Source of the DNA: Octopus vulgaris | Taxonomy: Eukaryota | Reading direction: 5' to 3' | Assembly (NCBI GenBank): GCA_951406725.2 | Contig: OX597828.1 | Span: 15,624,001 to 15,688,000, forward strand | DNA length: 64,000 nucleotides | In this document: positions 12,705 through 27,632 of the stretch, piece by piece | How the letters are laid out: each line of letters starts with the position of its first letter | Position numbering within the stretch: position 1 is the stretch's first letter | Notes under the pieces: model-generated | Databases searched by the model: none | The model's input: only the letters and a program-made list of their open reading frames with translations | Told to the model about the DNA's origin: nothing | Translations under genes and position numbers: made by a program

Positions 12705-12884
12705 TATACATATATATATACATATATACGACGAGCTTCTTTCAGTTTCCGTCTACCAAATCCACTCACAAGGCATTGGTCGGCCCGGGGCTATAGCAGA
12801 AGACACTTGCCCAAGATGCCACGCAGTGGGACTGAACCCGGAACCATGTGGTTGGTTAGCAAGCTACTTACCACACAGCCACTC
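12470..12884 (-). mobile_element. SINE family A, young full-length copy
   Basis: Close consensus match. Confidence 0.92.
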
Positions 12885-13379
12885 GCTATATATTTTTCCC
12901 AAATGTCATAACTAGGTATTTATTACACACTTCGCAGTCAAGATACAACATAATAGCATGTCAAACGGTGCAGCTGGCCTAAAACACAAACACATGTATA
13001 ATAAATGCAGAAAAAAAAAATATATATATATATATAATGTTAAAGGCAATACTAAGCACTACTTACCAAGGATTTCACTAAAAGACATATGAGAAATGTA
13101 CTTAAGTCAACATAAATCAATATTTCTGATTGTCAAGGAATATAAAAGTTAGCTTCATTAGTTTCGCATTCAATTCTTTGTCAAAAATAAAATGAATAAA
13201 TAAATGAATAAATAACTAAATGTGTGACCTGTTGCATTGTGGGTATTCGAAGTTGTTTCACATACACGCACGCACACGCACACACATGCACACGCGCGAG
13301 TGCACACACAATACTGTAGCAGTTGTAAAGATTCTGTAAGTCAAAAACTACATGAGAACAAACGCATTCTAAATTAAAA

Positions 13380-13960
13380 TATTGATTTCAAATTTTTGCA
13401 AACATATCAGTATTTTCGGTAAGTCGATTACACCGAATACACCGATTCACAGTAAGTCTATTACACCGATTCCAGGGTTGAACTAATACTTATTTGCTCG
13501 ACCTCGAAAGTACGGAAAGCAAGGTCGACCTCAGTGGAATTTGAACACAGAACGTAAAGAACACAGGCCGAAATGTCGCTAAGCATTTTCTTTTCTACTC
13601 TAGGCACAAGGCCCGAAAATCTTGAGGTAGGGGTATGTCGACGACATCGAACCCTATGCTTAATTGGTACTTATTTTATTGGTCCCCCACTCCAAATCCC
13701 AACCCCAAAAAATGGAAGGCAAAGTTGATCATGACAGAATTTGAACTCAGATTGGTAAACCCAGAAGAAATGCCAGCAAGTTTTTTTGTCGGGTGTGGAA
13801 ACGATTCTGCCAGCTCGCCTGCTTCAATAGAAATGGTTTTAGATTTTAGAGCAGGATCAGCAGTTTTTGACGGGTTCTTATTTTATCTATCCTGAAAGGA
13901 TAAAAGGTGAAGTCGACCACGGCAGGATCTGAACTCAGAACGTAAAACCAAAAGAAACGC
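13380..13960 (-). mobile_element. Cluster of decayed SINE family D copies
   Basis: Three diverged AAGTCGACC...GAATTTGAACTCAGAACGTA segments. Confidence 0.7.
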
Positions 13961-14730
13961 CTGACCATTTGCTAAGCAAATGGGAAGCAGTAATTGAAGT
14001 AGATGGTGAATATGCTCCGGAAAAATCATTTAAAGATGTTTTTGTTACATATTGTTATTGTTTTTGTTGAATAAAATTTGTTGAAAAAAAAGCCACAATG
14101 ATTATGCAACAACCCAATATTTCTTTACAGCAAAACATTGAATGTGATCATTGAAAGGACCACTTTATCAACGTCCTTTTCTAAAGTGAAGATTTTAGCA
14201 TCTCCCTTGCCGTTAGTTTTAGCGATTAAGTATACTTCCACCAGCAAATCATTCTAATTTAAAGAAAGATGCGTTTCTGCTTGGAACATGTTAGTGGCCA
14301 TGGATTCTTATGTGTTTTGACTTTGTATAAAGAAAAAATGCGACGCTGTTTCGTACTTCACCCCAAAGTAGCTATTTTAAAACCAACACCTCTATCATCG
14401 CCTGTGTTCTGTCTTGTAAATGTCCTTCTCATTGAACTTCATTAAGGCGGTGACGATAATGCAGTCCTTAAGAAGTTTGCTTAATGGAATATATTATTTC
14501 ACAACCAGGAAGATTGCAGGTCTAATGCGATGGACGGAGCGATTGATACGTAAACACCCCCCTCTCTCTCTCTCTTTTATGAAGGGAATCTATCTGAAAT
14601 ATAAGTCTTCTCCTTTTACTCTTCCTAGCAGAGCTGCCCGGTTATTTTCATAAAAAGAAGCACAAAAGTTCCAAGCTGTAGTGTATTTTGTTAGAACGTG
14701 GCTCCAAAATGTTGTTAGTAATATATATAT

Positions 14731-14931
14731 ATATACTTTATTTAAAAGCAGCAGAAATTTAACAAAACCTGTTACTCTGAGTTTCACGTTCCCGTCTGAC
14801 GAACGGGAACGTGAAACTCCGAGTAACAGGTTTTGCTGAATTTCTGCTGCTTTTAAATAAAGCATATTACTCTACCACTGGTATTTAAGTACTCTTTTTT
14901 CCACCTTGTTTCACATTTATGTGTTTACTCC

Positions 14932-14934
<3 letters not shown>
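14731..14934 (+). mobile_element. Penelope-like remnant with inverted 5' copy (fold-back)
   Basis: 65-bp arms 14731-14795 and 14803-14867 with 4 mismatches; (TA)n on both sides; same family as 38548-38694. Confidence 0.75.
14791..14830 (+). ncRNA. Minimal type I hammerhead ribozyme motif
   Basis: CTGACGA, ACG(GGAA)CGT, GAAA, stem III ACTC(C)GAGT, GUA triplet; stem I imperfect (CCCGT/ACAGG). Confidence 0.7.
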
Positions 14935-14997
<63 letters not shown>

Positions 14998-15553
14998 CAT
15001 ATACATATACATATATTTGTGTGTGCATATTCTGTTTTCATTTACCAGATCTACTCACAAATATTAAGTCGGCCCGAGGCTATAGTAGAATACTGTTACC
15101 CAAGATACCACGTAGTGCGTCTGAACTCGGAACAATTAGGTTAGGAAGCAAACTTCTTACCACACAGCCACACATATATATATCAGGAAAAAAAAATACA
15201 AAGGAATGGGTTGAAAATGCGCTAAACTTTCATACATATATAGTAAATTTTGTTTAAATATAACAAGTTTTCGATTTTTTTAAACACTAGAGGTAAAAAG
15301 TTTTATTTTATGTATGTATTTATTTATTTATGTGAAAATATAAATAAAAATTTTTAAATACGTTTTCACATAAATGCTTTCGTATAATAGCTTTGCTGAA
15401 AATATAATGGTGTGCATATTCACAAGACATGTTTGACGCATGTAAAACGAGTTACTTCGAGATTTTCGTATGAGAAACTTTTTGTGAATAAATCTTTGAG
15501 TGTACACTGCAGTCAAAAGCGATTTTGTAGAAGAAGATATATATATATATATA

Positions 15554-15935
15554 CTAGTAGTATCGCCCGGCGTTGCTCAGGTTTGTAAGGGAAATAACTA
15601 TAAAGCATTTTTAGAGAGTTATAGCCAAAAAATAGCAAAAAAATGGAAAAAAATGATGGTAAATTTTTTTTTTAGTTTAAAAAGGTGGAGTTGCGTCCCC
15701 TAGACAGTTTGCGGTTTGTGTTTCTGATTCTCGACCCCATGTCGAATTTATCGATTTTTTTCATAACTGGGGGAACTTTTCAAAATTTTCGCGCGTTAGT
15801 TTTGAATTATGACATTGGGCTATGTGTGTGTCAAGTTTCATCAGAATCGGTTGAAAGCCGTGGTCAGGGTGAGGGTACAAGCAAACAGACACACAGAAAC
15901 ACGCACAGACAAACTGCCGTTTATATAGAGAGAGA
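15554..15935 (-). mobile_element. Non-autonomous Helitron
   Basis: Minus strand starts TC and ends CTAG with a subterminal GC-rich hairpin (15566-15582); inserted between A and T with no TSD. Confidence 0.88.
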
Positions 15936-15937
15936 TA

Positions 15938-16197
15938 TGTGTAACATTTCTGTTTTCTTCCCGTCTTTGTTTCGTATACATTCGCTGCTTTCTTCCAAGG
16001 AATGTAATGCTCTTAGATTATTTTTCCTTGGGGCAATCTCGAGTATAACGAGCCTAAATTGCAAAGATAATCTGGAACTCGACTGAAGATGGAAAACTCC
16101 GACAGATCCGTCCTTGTTTTTCTTGTATCGTCTGTCTGGATATTTTGCTTTTTTTTTTGTTTCACCTGTCTGGATGTTTTGCGTTTTGTCCCATTTT

Positions 16198-16200
<3 letters not shown>
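15938..16200. repeat. Unclassified microsatellite-associated repeat, possibly Penelope-like
   Basis: Homologous to 32695-32988 (CATTCGCTGCTTTCTTCCAAGGAAT...GCAATCTCGAGTATAAC). Confidence 0.7.
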
Positions 16201-16256
<56 letters not shown>

Positions 16257-16445
16257 CCTTCTCTGTTTAACGGACAGACTATGTGAAAATACGCAATTTT
16301 TTCAGGATCCTCCAATCGGAACTTTCTAGAGAGAGTTGTAATTCTCTCTATATAAAAAGCAAGATTTCAGATTTGAAGTCAGTTTGAAAAGTGGCATGAG
16401 CGAAACTTTCAGACCTTGAGTCACTTCTATAACATTTTGCCGATT

Positions 16446-16519
<74 letters not shown>

Positions 16520-16596
16520 ACACTCACACATATGTACACGAATGGATTGATAAATAGGTAGGTAACAGACTAACTAAACATATAAATAGCTATGTA

Positions 16597-16661
<65 letters not shown>

Positions 16662-17060
16662 GTCTGTCTGTCTATCTGTCTGCCTGTCTGTCTGTCTGTC
16701 TGCTTGTAGGTAGGCTCTAATTAACTTAGATAGTTGATATAATTTTCAATAGAATTCTTACATTATCTTTGAGAGTTTAAAATATAAAACACTCCCTCCA
16801 CTATCATAGTCAGACCCTCACCACTCAAAAACCAAAATCCAAAAAACCAAAAGCCAAAAGCCAAAAGCCAAAACCCAAACACGCGTGCAGTTCTAAAAGG
16901 TATCGTAATCTGCTCGTTGTAGTCCAACTTGGCAACTCTCCGTCTTCGTAGCAAAATAATTTATTCCACATTACGAACAATTTGTATTCGCTGTTTGCCG
17001 TCGTAGACCGTTTAAGATTTTCTTGTATTACACCGTTCCACTGTTTGTGTGTGTGTGAGC

Positions 17061-17153
<93 letters not shown>

Positions 17154-17301
17154 AGAGAGAGAAACAGAGATGCCTTAGTATGGTTGTGTTGTTAAGAAGT
17201 TCGTTTCACGACCATATTGTTTTGGGTTCGGTCCAACGTCGGTGAATACGGAAGGCAGCAACTGTGTGAGAAGCCGTCGTGTGCATGTATATACATACAT
17301 C

Positions 17302-17833
<532 letters not shown>

Positions 17834-17952
17834 ATATATACATATACATATGTAATAATAATAATAATAATAATAATAATTATTATTATTATTTAAACGG
17901 CCCCTACTAACTGTGCTGGGTGCCTCTTACATTAATTTGTACACTCACCTGC

Positions 17953-18011
<59 letters not shown>

Positions 18012-18047
18012 TGCGTGCGTGTATGTGTGCGTGCATACATACATACA

Positions 18048-18083
<36 letters not shown>

Positions 18084-18302
18084 TGATGTAAAAATGGGCA
18101 ATGAAAGCAACAAGTGGTTAGCTCTCTCTCCCTACACACAAGCACACGCGCATACACACACACACACACTCAACAATATCGCTAATAATGAACGAGTCAG
18201 CGTATACGTACTCGCTCGATCTTCTAACAAAAAAAGAACAAAGAGCAAAGTTCAAATCTCTCTCGGTCTTTCTTTACCCTCTTAACATTAGATTAAAAGA
18301 TA

Positions 18303-18500
18303 GGCGGCGTGCTGGCAGAATTGTTAGCATGCGGGACAATGTACTTCACGGCATTTCGTCCGTCCTTACATTCTGAGTTCGAATTCATCTGAGATCAACT
18401 TTGCTTTTCACCCCTTTCGGGGTCGATAAAATGGGTACCAGTTGAGCACTGGGGTCGATGTAATCAATTTGCCCCTTCTCTCGAAATTGTTGAAACCAAC
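18303..18500 (+). mobile_element. SINE family D, diverged
   Basis: Head GGCGGCGTGCTGGCAGAATTGTTAGC plus Meta-like core. Confidence 0.8.
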
Positions 18501-18618
18501 ATTGGAGTAGAAGACACAGGAGGAACGATTTCCAATGTTATTCGATTCACGACTTGCAGAATGAAGCACTGGAAATGTTATGGCACATCATCAACTTTTT
18601 AACTACGAATGTTCTTTT

Positions 18619-18978
18619 TCAGTCCCACTGCGTGGCACCTTGGGCAAGTGTCTTCTACTATAGCCTCGGGCCAACCAAAGCCTTGTGAGTGGATTTGGTA
18701 GACGGAAACTGAAAGAGGCCCGTCGTATATATATATTTATGTGTGTGTGTGTGTGTGTGTATGTGTGTGTTTGTGTGTCTGGGTTTGTCCGCCCAACATC
18801 GCTTGACAACCGATGCTGGTGTGTTTACGTCCCCGTAACTTAGCGGTTCGGCAAAGAGGCCGATAGAATAAGTACTAGGCTTACAGAGAATAAGTCCTGG
18901 AGTCGATTTGCTTGACTAAAGGCGGTGTTCCAGCATGGCCACAGTCAAATGACTGAAACAAGTGAAAGAGTAAAAGAG
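18619..18978 (+). mobile_element. SINE family A, 5' truncated
   Basis: Starts in the B box; consensus match. Confidence 0.9.
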
Positions 18979-19355
18979 TTCTACTCTAGGTACAAGGCCC
19001 GAAATTTTTGGGGAGAGAACTAGTCGATTAGATCGACTGGTACTTAATTTATCGACCCCGAAATGATGAAAAGCAAAGTCGACCTCGGTGAAATTTGAAC
19101 TCAGAACATAAAGACAGACGAAATGCCTATTTCTTTACTACCCACAAGGGCTAAACATAGAGTGGACAAACAAGGGCAGACAAACGGAATAAGTCGATTA
19201 TATCGACCCCAGTGCGTAACTGGTACTTATTTAATCGACCCCGAAAGGATGAAAGGCAAAGTCGACCTCAGCGGAATTTGAACTCAGAACGTAACGGCAG
19301 GCGATATACCGCTAAGATTTCGCCCGGCGTGCTAACGATTCTGCCAGCTCCCCGC
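18979..19355 (-). mobile_element. SINE family D dimer (head, unit with tail T1, unit with tail T2)
   Basis: Two Meta-like cores joined at AAAGAAATAG|GCATTTCGTCTG. Confidence 0.88.
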
Positions 19356-19497
19356 CCTCGCCTTACTACGAATATTAAAATAAGAGTAACATTCGAATGA
19401 TAATATCAATATCTTTGCTCCCAAAGCAAAGATGGGAGCGCGTGTGTCTGTTATCGCAAAGAAATACGCATGTACCAAAGTGGTGTATCAAACAACA

Positions 19498-19672
19498 TCT
19501 GGCGCTACGTTCTGAGTTCAAATTCCGCCGAGGTCGACTTTGCCTTTCATCCTTTCGGGGTCGATAAATTAAGTACCAGTTACGCACTGGGGTCGATATA
19601 ATCGACTTAATTCGTTTGTCTGTCCTTGTTTGTCCTCTCTCTGTTTAGCCCCTTGTAGGTAGTAAAGAAATA
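19498..19672 (+). mobile_element. SINE family D headless monomer with 16-bp TSD
   Basis: TSD GGT(G/A)TATCAAACAACA at 19482-19497 and 19673-19688. Confidence 0.88.
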
Positions 19673-19952
19673 GGTATATCAAACAACAATCCAATTTTCT
19701 AAATTGTCTGGCATCTTCCGCCTCACCTCAAAAACTGCTGGCACATTTTGGACTCAGCAAAAGACAAATGCGCAAGACCCCTGAAGATAATTGGGTTCGA
19801 ATGCTGTAGATAATCACTGAAATATTACTTCTCGAGGCAGTTTGTCAACTATCAATATCATTATTATAATTATAAGCTCTCGTGGAATTTAATGGACGTT
19901 CTTTCCAGGGATGCTTCACGCCCAATTCCCAAATTAGGCCTAATAACAGCTA

Positions 19953-19958
19953 CATCAC

Positions 19959-20011
<53 letters not shown>

Positions 20012-20018
20012 CCATCAC

Positions 20019-20081
<63 letters not shown>

Positions 20082-20084
20082 TAT

Positions 20085-20140
<56 letters not shown>

Positions 20141-20160
20141 GCAGCACCTCCACCACCACC

Positions 20161-20207
<47 letters not shown>
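19953..20207. repeat. Compound trinucleotide repeat (CAT)n(CAG)n(CAC)n(CAA)n
   Basis: Read directly; a second block at 20386-20515. Confidence 0.95.
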
Positions 20208-20733
20208 CGAGAAGAAGGTACTGAAAATTTGTGGGCCCTTGAACTCTCAGCTTTTACTGTATTGGCTCCTTATTCTCGATGGAAAGAGTAAGGACCTTTG
20301 GTGTAATGCAGGAAGTAGACTCGATGGTCACAGCTGGAACGCCTTTGATTACAATTTTGTTCGATCAAGGCACTTATCTGGAGTAACCACCACCGCCACC
20401 ACCACCACCACCACCACCACCACCGCCGCCGCCGCCGCCGCCAGCAGCAGCAGCCGCAGCAGCAGCAGCCGCAGCCGCAGCCGCAGTAACAGCAGCAGCC
20501 GCAGTAGCAGCAACGACAAATTCCCTTTCCGAATCACTTTATTCTTCACTGTATAATCTTCGACTTCCAGTCATTTAAATCACAACGTCTTGTTATAACG
20601 CGTCTGTCTGTCTGTCTGTCTGTCTATCCAAGTAATACGTACATAGTACATACATGCACACGTACATGTGTGCATGCATACACATATGTATGAATTTGTA
20701 ATAATTTCTCAATGGAGAGAACACAATATTCAT

Positions 20734-20772
20734 TCTCTGATGAAGATTTAACAAAGCTAGAAACCTATCAGA
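20734..20772 (+). ncRNA. Degenerate minimal hammerhead motif
   Basis: TCT-CTGATGA-AGATTT(AAC)AAAGCT-A-GAAA-CCTATC-AGA; stems II and III mutated. Confidence 0.4.
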
Positions 20773-20893
20773 TTCACCCCTTTTTCCAGACCACTGCGAG
20801 ATAAAACCGCTAATCTTGTCAGACAACATTGAAAAACGAACACCCAAACTCTGATCACAGAGAGAGTTAGTGTATAACTATTTATAGAGTGCG

Positions 20894-21292
20894 AAGGCGA
20901 GTAGCCTAATGGTTAGAGTATTTGGCTCACGATCGGACGTCGTGAGTTCAATTCCCGGCTTCGCGTTGCGTCCTTGAAGAAAACACTTTATTTCACGCTG
21001 CTCCAGTTCACTCATCTGACAACCGATTCCCTGCAGCGCATTGTGTCCTTCAGCAAGACACTTTATTTCTCCACATTGCTCCAGTTAATTCAGCCGACAA
21101 AAGAGAATTGTACCTGTAATACAAAAGGGGCCAGTCTTGTCACATTCAATGTTACGCTGAATCTCTTTGGGAACTACGTTAAGGGTATGCGTGTCTGTGG
21201 AGTGTTCAGCCACTTGCACGTTAATTTCATGTGCTGGCTCTTCTGACGATTGCATTAACTGAAACACTCGTCGTCGTAACCGGTGGATAACC
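20894..21292 (+). mobile_element. Old SINE with duplicated C-type body and tail b
   Basis: ACACTTTATTTC...GCTCCAGTT occurs twice, then TGTACCTGTA...CTACGTTAAGGGTA tail. Confidence 0.8.
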
Positions 21293-21398
21293 AGTTAATT
21301 TATTGTGTATACAAAATTATTGGACAGAGCTGAACCGGTCTGTCTAATTTGCATAACAGTGGCCGTGTCTGACATTCATTCTACTCATATTATATATT

Positions 21399-21715
21399 TT
21401 TATTTATTTATGCGCCCTTTTCAAGCCTAGCCAGGCTCATGGGCCCGGTTTCCCGGTTTCTGAGACGTATGTGTTCCCCCCCAGCTGGACGGGACGCCAG
21501 TCCATCGCAGCGTTACTCAAGAAACAGGAAGAAAGAGTGAGAGAAAGTTGGGGCGAAAGAGTACAACAGGCGTCGCCACCACCCTCTGCCGGAGCCTCGT
21601 GGAGCTTTAGGTGTTTTCGCTCAATAAACACACACAACGCCCGGTCTGGGAATCGAAACGGCGATCTTCCGATTGCGAGTCTGCTGCCCTAACCACTGGG
21701 CCATTGCACCTCCAC
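21399..21715 (-). mobile_element. SINE family B with tail c
   Basis: TSD CATATTATATATT at 21386-21398 and 21716-21728. Confidence 0.9.
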
Positions 21716-22025
21716 CATATTATATATTATATTTTCCTAAAATATCCTAAATTTTTACGGTTTCAACAAAGAAAATTAAGATTTTGAGGGGAAAAAATAT
21801 GAAAAAGAAAATGAGTCTAAAAAGTTTAAATTTCCATCTCAAATATTTTTGGATTTGGCTTTTTGATATTTCGTTCATTAATTCATACTTTTTTTTACCT
21901 TCTTTGTTTTGAATTACAAAATTTTCAAAACGAAACACAATTCTTTCTTCGGTAGGCACAAGGCCTGAAATGTTGTGGGGAGGATGCTAATCGTGCACCC
22001 CATTGCTCAACTGATACTTATTTTA

Positions 22026-23911
22026 TTCTTTTCTACTCTAGGCACAAGGCCCGACATTTTTGGGAAGGGGGAGAGCGTCGATTAGATCGACCCCAGTACG
22101 CAACTGGTACTTAATTTATAGACCCCCGAAAGGATGAAAGGCAAAGTCAACCTCGGCGGAATTTGCACTCAGAACGTAACGGTAGACGAAATACCTATTT
22201 TTTTACTACCCACAAGGGGCTAAACACAGAGAGGACAAACAAGGACAGACAAACGGATTAAGTCGATTACATCGACCCCAGTGCGTAACTGGTACTTTAA
22301 TTTATCGACCCCGAAAGGATGAAAGGCAAAGTCGACCTCGGCGGAATTTGAACTCAGAACGTAGCGGCAGACGAATTAACTATTTCTTTATTACCCACAA
22401 GGGGCTAAACATCGAGTGGACAAACAAAGGCAGACAAACGGATTAAGTCGATTACATCGACCCCAGTACGTAACTGGTACTTTAATTTATCGAACCCCGA
22501 AAGGATGAAAGGCAAAGTCGACCTCGGCGGAATTTGAACTCAGAACGTAGCGGCAGACGAAATACCTATTTCTTTATTATCCACAAGGGGCTAAACATAA
22601 AGTGGATAAACAAAGGCAGACAAACGGATTAAGACGATTACATTGACCCCAGTACGTAACTGGTACTTTAATTTATCAACCCCGAAAGGATGAAAGGCAA
22701 AGTCGACCTCGGCGGAATTTGAACTCACAACGTAGAGACAGACGAAATACCTATTTCTTTACTACCCACAAGGGGCTAAACATAGAGTGGACAAACAAAG
22801 GCAGACAAGCGGATTAAGTCGATTACATTGACCCCAGTGCGTAACTGGTACTTTAATTTATCGACCCCGAAAGGATGAAAGGCAAAGTCGACCTCGGCGG
22901 AATTTGAACTCAGAACGTAGCGGCAGACGAAATACCTATTTCTTTATTATCCACAAGGGGCTAAACATAAAGTGGACAAACAAAGGCAGACAAACGGATT
23001 AAGACGATTACATTGACCCCAGTACGTAACTGGTACTTTAATTTATCGACCCCGAAAGGATGAAAGGCAAAGTCGACCTCGGCGGAATTTGAACTCAGAA
23101 CGTAGCGGCAGACGAAATACCTATTTCTTTACTTCCCACAAAGGGTTAAACATAGAGTGGACAAACAAAGGCAGACAAACGGATTAAGTCGATTACATCG
23201 ACCCCAGTACGTAACTGGTACTTTAATTTATCGAACCCCGAAAGGATGAAAGGCAAAGTCGACCTCGGCGGAATTTGAACTCAGAACGTAGCGGCAGACG
23301 AAATACCTATTTCTTTATTATCCACAAGGGGCTAAACATAAAGTGGATAAACAAAGGCAGACAAACGGATTAAGACGATTACATTGACCCCAGTACGTAA
23401 CTGGTACTTTAATTTATCAACCCCGAAAGGATGAAAGGCAAAGTCGACCTCGGCGGAATTTGAACTCACAACGTAGAGACAGACGAAATACCTATTTCTT
23501 TACTACCCACAAGGGGCTAAACATAGAGTGGACAAACAAAGGCAGACAAGCGGATTAAGTCGATTACATTGACCCCAGTGCGTAACTGGTACTTTAATTT
23601 ATCGACCCCGAAAGGATGAAAGGCAAAGTCGACCTCGGCGGAATTTGAACTCAGAACGTAGCGGCAGACGAAATACCTATTTCTTTATTATCCACAAGGG
23701 GCTAAACATAAAGTGGACAAACAAAGGCAGACAAACGGATTAAGACGATTACATTGACCCCAGTACGTAACTGGTACTTTAATTTATCGACCCCGAAAGG
23801 ATGAAAGGCAAAGTCGACCTCGGCGGAATTTGAACTCAGAACGTAGTGGCAGACGAAATACCGCTAAGCATTTCGCCTGGCGTGCTAACGTTTCTGCCAG
23901 TTCGCTGCCTT
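22026..23911 (-). repeat. SINE family D expanded into a 10 x 185-bp tandem array with a 741-bp higher-order repeat
   Basis: AGGATGAAAGGC at ~22131, 22316, 22502, 22687, 22872, 23057, 23243, 23428, 23613, 23798; one head at 23860-23911; alternative terminal tail at 22026-22085. Confidence 0.95.
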
Positions 23912-24284
23912 TACTAGTAAACTTCTTTCTTACTACACAGCTACACCTGCGCCAATCAGTTAATTAATTAGCTAATAGTGAGGTGCATATTCTTTGTTGT
24001 TTGAAACGTCTGAGGTGTTGTAACTTGAAATGTACATTGGCTCATAAACATAAGTTTTATATCACCGTGGGCGCGAAAAAAAAAAAAAGGTATTTTTCTG
24101 ACTGGTGATTTCGGTCTTGTTAGATTTTCATTGTCTTAAAGAGCGGTCGAACCACATACAAACTTTATAACTACACAGCTACGCCGAAAATACCATTTTA
24201 TTTTCGTCAATTTCTCTCTCATTTTCTCACAAGTAAATACTTGTAAGTAATTGAGAGAGAAACTGAGACATGGACAGAGATTGC

Positions 24285-25444
<1,160 letters not shown>

Positions 25445-26082
25445 CAACTAGCGAATATTCCTTTCACGCTATCAAACTGGCATCGTTGCTGAAGGAGAAG
25501 AGAAATCAGCAGAAAAATTGCCAAGTCTTGGGGCGATTGCTGCAGAGGCAGCTACGATGACGACGCTGGTCCAAGCTACTACAGCGTCGGCAGCAATGGC
25601 GACCGTGCTAAAGGTAACGGCAACGAGAACGAGCTACGTCATCAACGTCGGCATGGTTCTCGCCGTTAAGGAATTCCCCGGATGCTTCTCTCGTCAAGGA
25701 ATTGACCGACATATTTGTTCCGTTTATTGATTTGTTGTTTACTTCACGCTATTTCTTTCCGATATCTCATTCATCCTTCTTCTCTACAGGTCTGCTGGCG
25801 TTTCGTTGTTTCTTCATATTTCTTCCTTTTAGTTTCAGCCATTCATCATTTCTCCCCCCCCCCCGCCACCACCACAACCACCACCACCACCACCATCATC
25901 ACCGCCACCGCCACCACCACCATCACTACCACTACCAAAAACCACCGCCGTCGTCACCCCCCCCTAGCTCCACGTTACACCCGCCATCGCTACCACCATC
26001 ACCACAAACTTCACCTTGCATCACCGCGATATACTTCGAAACGATTTCATTGATGTTGCATTGGCCTCGTCGTTGTAAAATG

Positions 26083-26120
<38 letters not shown>

Positions 26121-27017
26121 ACACACACACACACATACATGCACACACAAACACACACACGTACGCAGTACGCACGCGCGAATGCACACATACACACACA
26201 CAAACACGCACAACCTACACATTCACACACACATACACACTCGTACACGTATGCACGCATACATTCACACAAATATACATAATATATAATTAGCTGCCTA
26301 TTCATAAATACTTATATGCGTATACATACGTACTTACATATCTATCTACCTATCACACATACACACACATGTATATGTGTATGTGTTACGTATATATATA
26401 CACATACATATATATATACATATATATATACATACTTATACATTCATATATATATACACATATATATTATCGATATACACACATACATATACATGCACAC
26501 GTGCGCGCGCACACAAAGACATACTTATAAATTGAGGAATTTTTGGCACTAAAGTCTACATAAAATCGAGTTTTATAGAAGAAACAAAACAAATACCAAA
26601 GGCATTCCTTATCCTGAAGATGTGATTATCGAGTTCTGGAAACATTTAAGTATAGATTTAGGAACTTTATTTGTTTCGAACAAACTACAAAAAACTTATA
26701 CGGAAATATGAAAAAGCTGTAGTGAAGAAAATACACGCATACCACCACAGTCGTGCTTTCAATACAACATATATAAAAGAAAAACCGTCCCCACCCCATA
26801 TATATACATATATATATATATATAAATATATATATAGGAAGGATCCGAGGGAATAATTACAAGGTAGCTAAATGTTTCCTAAGTGTCCTAGGAAACAATG
26901 GACGCACATGTTTGGGATTTGAATCCGAGGACAAGCAAACGTATTTAGGAGAAAAATAGGGAAAAATAGAAAAAGGCGACAAACGCTCAGGATGTCTATT
27001 TGATGAGTACTGTTATT

Positions 27018-27121
27018 TATATCCTCACTGAAGAGATTGATGCATAACTGACCATTATTCATCCTGTCGGACGTATTTCAGATGCGTCCATCGAAACATA
27101 TGTAGGAAATATGAAGATATA
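27018..27121 (+). ncRNA. Hammerhead motif with long stem II insert
   Basis: CTGAAGA 27028-27034, GATTGATGCAT/ATGCGTCCATC stem, GAAA 27093-27096, palindromic ACATATGT, GUA; stem I partner displaced 7 nt. Confidence 0.55.
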
Positions 27122-27169
27122 CGTGATTTAATAATATCTTCAGCGTTTGTTTCCTTTTTTTATTTTTCC

Positions 27170-27197
27170 TATATATATACATATATATATATGTCTG

Positions 27198-27229
<32 letters not shown>

Positions 27230-27255
27230 TGTATGTATTTATGTATGTATGTATG

Positions 27256-27314
<59 letters not shown>

Positions 27315-27430
27315 GCATATATACATGTTTGTGTATATATATATGTGTATAAATGTTTTTATATATACATATGTTAGTATATATATATATGTTTAAATAT
27401 ATATATATATATATGATTGTGTATATATAA

Positions 27431-27475
<45 letters not shown>

Positions 27476-27553
27476 TGTTAGTGTGTGTGAGTGTGTATAT
27501 ATATATATATACACAAACATATTTATATGCACATACATACATACATACATACA

Positions 27554-27632
<79 letters not shown>

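Noticed and set aside
13058-13135. Minus-strand micro-exon ending TTG|GTAAGT
   Set aside because: A lone donor-like motif is expected by chance; no coding support
19953-20217. Poly-His/poly-Gln coding exon
   Set aside because: Stops just upstream, weak splice signals, and similar compound triplet runs are common here
22026-23911. CRISPR array or hammerhead retrozyme
   Set aside because: Units are near-identical along their full length with no unique spacers or cas genes; no CUGANGA/GAAA core on either strand; hierarchical variants argue against one rolling-circle event
26610-26650. Hammerhead CTGAAGA...GAAAC
   Set aside because: No stem II or III pairing
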